Positions 1 to 6,834 of a stretch of DNA of 64,000 nucleotides are shown here, one piece after another. A program made the translations under genes and the position numbers. Source of the stretch: Ruminococcus sp. (lineage in GTDB: Bacteria > Bacillota > Clostridia > Oscillospirales > Ruminococcaceae). Location of the stretch: the NCBI GenBank assembly GCA_045587105.1, contig JAZNBR010000056.1, positions 479 to 64,478 on the forward strand, read 5' to 3'. The notes under the pieces were generated by a model. The model had not been told where the DNA came from. It did no database searches and saw only the letters and a list, made by a program, of their open reading frames with translations. Positions within the stretch are counted from its first letter, which is position 1, and every line of letters starts with the position of its first letter.

Positions 1-2
1 CA

Positions 3-221
3 CAGGAGCAATATGACAAGCTGTGTCAGGAGTTCGGGGAAAAAACGATAACCGACTATATACAGCGTATGGACGACTGGGTTCAGCTTAAAGGGAATAC
101 CTACAATGATTACGGACTTGCTTTGAGGCAGTGGCTTGACAGAGATAAAATAATCCCGGGAACCAAAAGAAGCTCCTGGGATGATATTGATTTCAGCAAA
201 TTTGTAAACAATTTCGGATAA
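3..221 (+). CDS. 3' end of a gene cut by the window edge. The C-terminal region (QEQYDKLCQEFGEKTITDYIQRMDDW...YGLALRQWLDRD) resembles DnaD/phage replisome-organiser-type proteins.
   Basis: Frame 3 is open from the window start to TAA 219-221 and is followed by a hairpin terminator. It is absent from the ORF track because no start lies in the window. The product call is from memory of similar C-termini only. Confidence 0.4.
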   Translation, partial: QEQYDKLCQEFGEKTITDYIQRMDDWVQLKGNTYNDYGLALRQWLDRDKIIPGTKRSSWDDIDFSKFVNNFG

Positions 222-225
222 ATAT

Positions 226-252
226 AGGTGCGGATATTATCCGCACCTTTTG
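226..252. terminator. Bidirectional rho-independent terminator between convergent genes
   Basis: AGGTGCGGATA/TATCCGCACCT stem followed by TTTT. An A/T run on the other side serves the minus-strand pduL. Confidence 0.75.
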
Positions 253-266
253 TCAGCATATTAAAA

Positions 267-848
267 TCAGCCGATTTCAACAATCTCGCCGTAAAGCTCA
301 CGGCCTGCACCGATTGCGTTTGATTCATCAGTATCAATGTGCATTGCACGAGCGTAGTTAGGGGAAACACGGCATACAACGTCGCCGAGAACTGCACATC
401 TCTCAGGAGTGCAAACCTTAACCCATACTACCTGCTTGTCCTCAACACCGAGTTCCTCAGCGTCGGCAGGAGTGAGGTGGATGTGTCTCTTTGCAACGAT
501 AACGCCCTCAGAAATCTCAATCTCACCGCAGGGACCTACAAGCTTGCAGGCACCAGAACCGGCAATATCAGCTGACTCTCTGATAGGAGCTGCAATTCCG
601 ATAGAACGTGCGTCTGTTGCGGAAAGCTCAACCTGTGTCTCAGGACGAACAGGTCCGAGGATAGATACACCTGCAAGCTCCTTCTTAGGGCCTACAACTG
701 TAACTCTCTCCTCACAAGCGAACTGTCCCGGCTGGGAAAGATCCTTCTTCTTTGTAAGCTCGTAGCCCTTGCCGAAAAGGATTTCAAGATGCTCCTGAGT
801 TACATGAACGTGACGTGCGGATGTTTCAACGATAAAATTCTTAGCCAT
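267..848 (-). CDS. pduL: Phosphate propanoyl/acetyltransferase PduL
   Basis: ORF 267..893 trimmed to ATG 848 (MAKNFIVETSARHVHV...) behind GGAGG. The duplicated PduL motif (SARHVHV... / KRHIHLTP...) is visible. Confidence 0.9.
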   Translation of the reverse strand: MAKNFIVETSARHVHVTQEHLEILFGKGYELTKKKDLSQPGQFACEERVTVVGPKKELAGVSILGPVRPETQVELSATDARSIGIAAPIRESADIAGSGACKLVGPCGEIEISEGVIVAKRHIHLTPADAEELGVEDKQVVWVKVCTPERCAVLGDVVCRVSPNYARAMHIDTDESNAIGAGRELYGEIVEIG

Positions 849-950
849 GATAATAAAGCCTCCATATATTTTTTCGGGGATTCTCCTCCCCATTAATTGA
901 CCTATTCTATTTTACACCATTTTACATAAAACGTCAAGAGATTTTTTGTT

Positions 951-1511
951 AATTCCGAATTGGCACCAGCGGTGCCCCCGATTCACGTTTCCGTGCGTAA
1001 ACGCACTCACTCTGTACGGCATGGTCAGTAAAAGCTCGCTCGCTTAGACTATTACCTCGGCAGTTAATTATAAATGCCAGCGGTGCCCCCGATTCACGTT
1101 TTCGTGCGTAAACGCACTCACTCTGTACGGAACGGCAGTCTGCTATCGCATACGGTAGAATTTTAATGCGGAATGCGGAATTCGGAATTCGGAATTCGGA
1201 ATTGTGGTGTCGGCATTCGCCGACGGATTGAAGAAATAATTCCGGCGGCAATGTGTAGGGTGCGATGCCTGCATCGCACCGTTGATATGCCGTTTGATTA
1301 ACGGGACGTCGTGGGTGCCGTCCCCTACATTATGATTCCGTAAGAGTTAAGCGAGCGAGCTTTTACTGACCATGCCGTACAGAGTAAGTGCGAAGCACGG
1401 AAACGTGTTTCGGGGGCACCGCTGGTGCCAATTCCGCATTCCGAATTATTTTAAATCTGTCCCGAAGGGACACCACAAGCTAAAGGCTAATAGCTAAAAG
1501 CTAAACAGCTA
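951..1511. repeat. Mosaic repeat cluster a
   Basis: Module order: L(+) 962-1063; L'(+) 1076-1164; CGGAATK heptamers 1165-1203; B(+) 1204-1233; GTAGGG-hairpin doublet 1254-1329; L(-) 1338-1429; heptamers 1430-1447; B(-) 1448-1477; GCTAANN heptamers 1478-1511. The same modules recur at 13 other sites in the window, in both orientations. Confidence 0.9.
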
Positions 1512-2342
1512 TTATTCGTAATTTTCTTTCAGGAATTTTATTTCCCTTGCGTAGCCGTCGATATCGTTGGGAGTTTCGAGGATAAAGGGCAGTCCTCTGA
1601 GTGCGGGATGATTAATCACCCTTATCAGTGCCTCAGCGCCGATGTGTCCCTCGCCGATTTTAGCGTGGCGGTCCTTGTGTGCGTCAAGCGGATTAAGGCT
1701 GTCGTTGAGATGTATCGCCTTAAGCCTGTCCAGACCGATAATGCGGTCGAACTGCTCCAGAACACCGTCAAGGTCGTTTACGATATCGTAGCCGCCGTCC
1801 CAGACGTGGCAGGTATCAAGGCAGACTCCGAGCTTTTCCTGAAGCTCCACACGGTCGATAATCTCTCTGATTTCCCCGAAATTACGTCCCATTTCGGAAC
1901 CCTTTCCAGCCATTGTCTCAAGAAGAACAAGCGTTGACTGCTCTTTTGTGAGAACGGTATTGAGCTGCTTAGCGATGAGAGCCGTACCGATTTCCGTACC
2001 CTGCTTAACATGGGAGCCGGGATGAAAATTGTAGTAATTTCCGGGAACATACTCCATCCGTGCGAGGTCGTCCGCCATTGCTTCTCTTGCGAAGCGGCGG
2101 ATATTCTCGTCTGCGGCACAGGCATTCATGGTGTAGGGAGCGTGAGCAACAAGCTTACCGAAGCTGTTTTCGGCGGCGAATTTCATGAAATCGGCGGCAT
2201 CCTGAGGATTGACCGGCTTTGCGGCACCGCCTCTGGGATTTCTTGTGAAGAATGCGAAGGTATTCGCTCCGATTTCAGCCGCCTGACGTCCCATAGCCAT
2301 AAAGCCGCCTGAGCTTGACAGATGACATCCGATATACAGCAT
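1512..2342 (-). CDS. nfo: Deoxyribonuclease IV (endonuclease IV)
   Basis: 276-aa [16 protein letters not shown]...; AP endonuclease family 2 signature motifs ([17 protein letters not shown]). Confidence 0.93.
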   Translation of the reverse strand: MLYIGCHLSSSGGFMAMGRQAAEIGANTFAFFTRNPRGGAAKPVNPQDAADFMKFAAENSFGKLVAHAPYTMNACAADENIRRFAREAMADDLARMEYVPGNYYNFHPGSHVKQGTEIGTALIAKQLNTVLTKEQSTLVLLETMAGKGSEMGRNFGEIREIIDRVELQEKLGVCLDTCHVWDGGYDIVNDLDGVLEQFDRIIGLDRLKAIHLNDSLNPLDAHKDRHAKIGEGHIGAEALIRVINHPALRGLPFILETPNDIDGYAREIKFLKENYE

Positions 2343-2486
2343 AAAATCATTCCTTTCAATTTAGTTTTACAATTGGTGAAGCAATAAAACAATACCGCAC
2401 AAGTTCTGTACGGTGAGGTTGATATAATATGTATGGGCGGCCTTTGCGGTCGAACGTTATATTTCATCCGATATTTTATGTTATCC

Positions 2487-2706
2487 GGACATTTATGCGG
2501 ACGACCAATGGTCGTCCCTACAAATTGTCACACGACATTTTTATCGTATGAATATAACGACGGGCGGACACATGGGTCCGCCCCCTACGAATTAATGTCA
2601 GCAGGTGTAATATTTTAATTTTATCCCGTCAGGGACACCATAGCTAAAGGCTAAAGGCTAACAGCTAATAGCTCATAAATAAAGGCTAAAGGCTTAATTC
2701 CGCATA
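2487..2706. repeat. Mosaic repeat cluster b
   Basis: Two GTAGGG-hairpins in minus orientation (2498-2522, 2561-2588), B(-) at about 2611-2641, and a GCTAANN heptamer array 2641-2695. Modules are shared with clusters a, e, f, h and n. Confidence 0.85.
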
Positions 2707-2742
2707 ACGTAAAATATACGATGAATACAATGGGCGGTTATA

Positions 2743-3213
2743 TTATTCGATAGTAACCTTCTTCATTATCTGCGGATTTACAGGCTTATCTCTGAAATCA
2801 GTTGCTGTTTCTGCGATTTCGTCAACAGCGTCCATGCCCTCGATAACCTTTCCGAAAGCTGCATACTGACCGTCAAGGTGCGGAGCGTCATCGTGCATGA
2901 TAAAGAACTGCGAGCCGGCAGAGTCAGGCATCATGGAGCGTGCCATTGAGAGTACACCTCTTGTGTGCTTGAGGTCGTTTTTTACGCCGTTTGATGAGAA
3001 TTCGCCCTTGATATTCCAGCCGGGACCGCCTGTGCCTGTACCGTTGGGACATCCGCCCTGAATCATGAAGCCGGGGATAACTCTGTGGAAGGTCAGACCG
3101 TCATAGAAGCCGCTTTTCACGAGCTTCTCGAAGTTTTCGCATGATATAGGAGCGATTTCGGGATAAAGCTCTATTTTGATTTTCTTTCCGTTTTCAAGTT
3201 CGATAATAACCAT
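2743..3213 (-). CDS. ppiB: Cyclophilin-type peptidyl-prolyl cis-trans isomerase
   Basis: ORF 2743..3357 trimmed to ATG 3213 (MVIIELENGK...) with GGAGG upstream. Motifs FHRVIPGFMIQGG and SMAR...GSQFFI are present. Confidence 0.9.
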   Translation of the reverse strand: MVIIELENGKKIKIELYPEIAPISCENFEKLVKSGFYDGLTFHRVIPGFMIQGGCPNGTGTGGPGWNIKGEFSSNGVKNDLKHTRGVLSMARSMMPDSAGSQFFIMHDDAPHLDGQYAAFGKVIEGMDAVDEIAETATDFRDKPVNPQIMKKVTIE

Positions 3214-3283
3214 TTTAAAATTCCTCCAAAAATTCAAGGTAATACCGTACAAAGCCGTAAGGCGGACTTTGTGCGGTGCTGTA

Positions 3284-3583
3284 TTAGTTTGCCGTTCTTT
3301 CCCAGAGTTCATCAAGCTTCGATTTTGAGCCTGTTTCTGTCGGCGGAGATGTTTCAAATATCTCCGGCTCAGGCGGAGCTGTTGTTTCCGGTGCGGCTGT
3401 CGGGATGTTCACTGGCGGAGTATAACCGTCCTTAGTGACTATCTCCGGAGAAATTACTATTGTCGGACGGACAACGTCGGGATTCTGCTTTTTCGCCTTT
3501 TCCGTACCGGTTTTTCCGATTATCGCAAGAAGTACTGCCGCCGCTACTGCTATTACCAGTCCGATAAGCTTTCCTCGTTCCAT
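3284..3583 (-). CDS. Small membrane-anchored Pro/Thr-rich hypothetical protein
   Basis: 99-aa ORF with a strong GGGAGGTG RBS, an N-terminal TM segment (LIGLVIAVAAAVLLAII) and a low-complexity tail. Confidence 0.6.
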   Translation of the reverse strand: MERGKLIGLVIAVAAAVLLAIIGKTGTEKAKKQNPDVVRPTIVISPEIVTKDGYTPPVNIPTAAPETTAPPEPEIFETSPPTETGSKSKLDELWERTAN

Positions 3584-3681
3584 AAGTCACCTCCCTTTTT
3601 CTGATATATACATTATACTCGTTTTTTCCGATAATGTCAAGGGCGGCAGCGTGACGGTATGTGTAAAATAAATATAGGCAA

Positions 3682-3757
3682 TGTAGGGTGCGATGCCCAC
3701 ATCGCACCGCAGACGAATCACATTCATAACGGGCGGATGTAGGCATCCGCCCCTACA
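3682..3757. repeat. Mosaic repeat cluster c: inverted doublet of GTAGGG-headed hairpins
   Basis: TGTAGGGTGCGATG-CCCA-CATCGCACC ... GGGCGGATG-TAGG-CATCCGCCCCTACA. Both hairpins are identical to those at 47713-47790. Confidence 0.9.
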
Positions 3758-3811
3758 ATTAAAATTATTTAAACATTAAAATCGTTTTGCGTGGTGACGC
3801 ATTGACAAAAC

Positions 3812-3840
3812 TTGCAATTTAAAATAAAGTGTGGTATAAT
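3812..3840 (+). promoter_or_regulatory. Sigma-A-type promoter for nifS-thiI
   Basis: TTGCAA (3812-3817), 17-nt spacer, TGgTATAAT (-10 at 3835-3840). Confidence 0.6.
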
Positions 3841-3880
3841 AAGATGTTACATAAAAATATTAAGAATCAGGAGCAGAAAA

Positions 3881-5011
3881 ATGTCAGTTTACCTTGATAA
3901 TGCCGCAACAACAAAGCCCTGCGTTCCGGCAGTTGAAGCCGCCGTTGACGCAATGACTGTAAATTTCGGGAATCCGTCCTCCCTGCACCGTGCAGGTCTT
4001 GACGCTCAGCTTGTCGTTGACCGTGCAAGAAAAATCATTGCAGATTCTGTCGGAGCTTCCCCTGAAAATATCATATTTACTTCCGGAGCAACCGAGAGCA
4101 ACAACCTCGCTCTCCGTGGAGCCTCCGCCGCTTACGGCAGAAAACGGCGTAAAATCGTGATTTCCGCTGTCGAACACGCTTCCGTTGACGAGACTGCCTC
4201 TGCACTTGAAAAATCCGGCTTCGAGATTGTCAGGGTTTCTCCCCGTGAGGACGGTCGTATTTATGCCGCAGATTTCCTCGCCGTGTGCGATGAAAATACC
4301 TGCCTTATCAGCATGATGCTCGTCAACAACGAAACCGGTTATATACTCCCTGTAAAGGAAACCTTTTCCGCAGTAAAGCGGAAATTCCCCGATATCATTA
4401 CGCACTGCGACTGCGTTCAGGGCTATATGAAGCTCCCTGTGAAGGTTAATACGCTCTGTGCAGACCTTATGTCCCTCAGCGGTCATAAAATACATGGAGT
4501 AAAAGGTGCAGGAGCATTATATATCAGAAAGGGAATCAGAGTTCTGCCTGTTGTTACCGGCGGAAAGCAGGAAAAAAGTATTCGTTCCGGAACTGAAAGC
4601 GTTCCGGTGATAGCGGCATTCGGAGCCGCCGCAGAATATCTTGCACCGACTGTCGCACAGCGGAGCGAAAGAGCCTCGCAGCTGAAAGGATATCTCCTCA
4701 GCCGGCTGTCGGAATCGGAGAATATCGCCGTGAATTCGCCGGATGACGGCTCTCCGTACATTATAAATATCTCGGCAATGGGAAAGCGGTCGGAGATAAT
4801 GCTGCATTTCCTTGAAAGCCGTGGAATCTACGTTTCAAGCGGCTCGGCTTGCTCAAAGGGCGTGCAGAGCGGAGTTCTCGGAATGTTCGGAATCACCGGA
4901 AAAAGAGCCGACAGTGCACTGAGAATCAGCATAACAGCGGAAACGACCGAGAACGAGCTTGACGAATTCGCAGACGCACTGAATGAAGGTCTTGAAAAAT
5001 TAAGAGGATAG
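3881..5011 (+). CDS. nifS: Cysteine desulfurase (NifS/NifZ type, partner of ThiI)
   Basis: ORF 3812..5011 trimmed to ATG 3881 (MSVYLDNAATTKP...). PLP-lysine motif SLSGHKIHG and C-terminal SSGSAC are present. Confidence 0.9.
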   Translation: MSVYLDNAATTKPCVPAVEAAVDAMTVNFGNPSSLHRAGLDAQLVVDRARKIIADSVGASPENIIFTSGATESNNLALRGASAAYGRKRRKIVISAVEHASVDETASALEKSGFEIVRVSPREDGRIYAADFLAVCDENTCLISMMLVNNETGYILPVKETFSAVKRKFPDIITHCDCVQGYMKLPVKVNTLCADLMSLSGHKIHGVKGAGALYIRKGIRVLPVVTGGKQEKSIRSGTESVPVIAAFGAAAEYLAPTVAQRSERASQLKGYLLSRLSESENIAVNSPDDGSPYIINISAMGKRSEIMLHFLESRGIYVSSGSACSKGVQSGVLGMFGITGKRADSALRISITAETTENELDEFADALNEGLEKLRG

Positions 5012-5025
5012 AAAGGATAATCGAA

Positions 5026-6198
5026 ATGAAGGAAGTTGTACTTGCAAAATATGGAGAAATGGCTCTGAAAGGGCTTAATAAGCGTACCTTTGAGGATATG
5101 CTCACAAAAAATATCAGACGCAGACTCAGACCTCTCGGCAGCTTTACGCTGACAAGAGCACAGTCCACGCTGTACATCACTCCCGATGAGGAAAATACCG
5201 ATCTTTCGGAGGTTGTTGACGCTGTCGGAAGGATTTTCGGAATCGCCGCTTACTGCCGTGCCTGCGTGTGCGAGAAGGATTTTTCCGATATCGCAGAAAA
5301 GAGCGTGGAGTATCTTGAGGACATCCTCAGCACAGCAGGAACATTCAAGGTGAACGCAAAGAGAGCTGACAAGGCATTCCCCATGAAATCGCCTGAAATC
5401 TGCATGGAGCTTGGCGGAATTATCCTTGAAAAATTTCCGCATCTGACCGTTGACGTGAAGAATCCTGAGGTGACTGTTACGGTTGAAATCCGTGATACGA
5501 ACGCTTACGTCCACGGCGAGAATCTCAAGGGTGCAGGCGGACTTCCCGTTGGCAGCAGCGGAAAGGCAATGCTTCTTCTTTCCGGCGGAATTGACAGTCC
5601 TGTTGCCGGCTGGATGATGGCGAAAAGAGGCGTTCACATCGAGGCAATTCACTTTGTAAGTCCGCCGTATACATCCGACCGTGCAAGGCTCAAGGTTGAG
5701 ACTCTCTGCGAGAAAATGACTCCCTACTGCGGAGGAATTGCGTTCTACTGCGTACCGTTTACGGAGCTTCAGGAGGCTATCAGGGATAACTGTCCGGAGG
5801 AGTTCTTTACAATTATAATGAGACGTCTGATGATGGAAATTGCCCAGAGAATCGCTGCAAAGGACAACTGTCTGGCACTGATTACCGGCGAGAGCGTTGG
5901 TCAGGTTGCAAGTCAGACAATGGCGGCTATTGCCTGCACCGACGCTGTATGCAGAATTCCTGTATTCCGTCCGCTTGTGGGAATGGACAAGACGGAGATA
6001 ATTGAAATTTCCCGAAAAATAGACACATTCGAGACATCCGTCCTTCCATACGAGGATTGCTGTACGGTATTCACACCTAAGCATCCGAAGGTAAGACCTC
6101 AGCTTTCCGACGTCGAGAAGGCTCAGAACAGCTTTGATTTCGAGCCGCTTATCCGGAAGGCTGTCGAGGAAACGGAGCTTAAAACTTTTAATGCCTAA
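5026..6198 (+). CDS. thiI: tRNA 4-thiouridine synthase ThiI (short form, no rhodanese domain)
   Basis: 390 aa with a THUMP-type N-terminus and the PP-loop LLLSGGIDSPVA. Confidence 0.93.
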   Translation: MKEVVLAKYGEMALKGLNKRTFEDMLTKNIRRRLRPLGSFTLTRAQSTLYITPDEENTDLSEVVDAVGRIFGIAAYCRACVCEKDFSDIAEKSVEYLEDILSTAGTFKVNAKRADKAFPMKSPEICMELGGIILEKFPHLTVDVKNPEVTVTVEIRDTNAYVHGENLKGAGGLPVGSSGKAMLLLSGGIDSPVAGWMMAKRGVHIEAIHFVSPPYTSDRARLKVETLCEKMTPYCGGIAFYCVPFTELQEAIRDNCPEEFFTIIMRRLMMEIAQRIAAKDNCLALITGESVGQVASQTMAAIACTDAVCRIPVFRPLVGMDKTEIIEISRKIDTFETSVLPYEDCCTVFTPKHPKVRPQLSDVEKAQNSFDFEPLIRKAVEETELKTFNA

Positions 6199-6201
6199 AA
6201 A

Positions 6202-6251
6202 GCTCTTAGCTCTCAGCCGTTAGCCTTTAGGGTCGCACACATGGGTGCGAC
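6202..6251. repeat. Mosaic repeat cluster d: heptamer array plus TAGGG-hairpin
   Basis: GCTCTTA GCTCTCA GCCGTTA GCCTTTA, then GGTCGCAC-ACATGG-GTGCGAC, immediately after the thiI stop. Confidence 0.75.
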
Positions 6252-6299
6252 TATGCCAATATCATTGTTATATCACATAAAGAATAGAAGGTTTCAACA

Positions 6300-6827
6300 A
6301 TGGAAATTATGGAAAATAGTGGATGCACACCCGAAAATCTTGACAAAATGGTTACAGATGTTGTAGAATTATTATTACTGAGAGGCGTATCCATTTCCAC
6401 GGCGGAAAGCTGCACAGGCGGTCTTTTATCAGAGCTGATAACGGCTGTTTCCGGTGCGTCACAGATTTTCCAGCTCGGAATATGCACCTACTCGGAGCAG
6501 ATGAAAACGGAGTTCCTTGGTGTATCTCCCGATATTATGCGGAATTACGGCGTTGTCAGCCGTGAAACTGCTCTTGCCATGGCGGCAGGACTAAAGAAAA
6601 TTTCCGGAGCTGATATCTGTGTTTCTGTGACAGGAATTGCAGGTCCCGGCGGCGGAACTCCCGAAAAACCGGTGGGAACAGTCTTTACCGGCTTTGATAT
6701 CTTCGGCAGACTGACATCATCTCAGCTGCCATTCAGCACAATCACGGATTTCAGCCGTGCCGGCATACGCATGGCGGCGGCTTACCATATATTTGAAACG
6801 ATTAAAAATGCACTTATGGAGGTGTAA
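6300..6827 (+). CDS. pncC: CinA-family nicotinamide-nucleotide amidohydrolase domain protein (PncC-like)
   Basis: 175 aa with [10 protein letters not shown] and [12 protein letters not shown] motifs. Confidence 0.85.
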   Translation: MEIMENSGCTPENLDKMVTDVVELLLLRGVSISTAESCTGGLLSELITAVSGASQIFQLGICTYSEQMKTEFLGVSPDIMRNYGVVSRETALAMAAGLKKISGADICVSVTGIAGPGGGTPEKPVGTVFTGFDIFGRLTSSQLPFSTITDFSRAGIRMAAAYHIFETIKNALMEV

Positions 6828-6834
6828 TACCGGA

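Noticed and set aside
949-1251. ORFs at 949..1251(-), 38400..38801(-), 45469..45675(-), 45720..45959(-) and 55294..55803(+, N-terminal part). They share peptides such as CRGNSLSERAITDHAVQSECEARKRESGAPLVP, which at first look like a repeated small-protein family.
   Set aside because: They are translations of the long repeat element. Copies occur in both orientations, with indels that break the frame between copies. There is no RBS, and each runs across hairpins and heptamer arrays. The conservation is at the DNA and structure level, not the protein level.
951-1511. Possibility that the hairpin and heptamer clusters are CRISPR arrays
   Set aside because: There are no equal-length direct repeats alternating with unique 25-40-bp spacers. 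Modules are heterogeneous and often inverted, the tandem units are only 7 bp, and no cas genes are present.
2743-3357. N-terminally extended versions of many track ORFs, including 2743..3357, 3812..5011, 6757..8541, 11521..12036, 16356..17870, 39549..42173, 42794..43792, 43753..44835, 52310..52945, 52988..54859 and 60113..60580
   Set aside because: In each case an internal ATG preceded by a GGAGG-like RBS coincides with the conserved N-terminus of the protein family. The upstream extension runs through promoters, terminators or the preceding gene.
4828-6084. Long antisense ORFs inside confident genes: 4828..6084(-) 418 aa, 16362..17258(-) 298 aa, 35009..35938(-) 309 aa, 21515..22201(-), 45842..46540(+), 7522..8211(-)
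   Set aside because: These are shadow ORFs opposite well-supported genes (thiI, murE, esterase, murA, GGDEF, sortase). They have no RBS, Cys/Arg-rich or otherwise odd composition, and no recognisable motifs.
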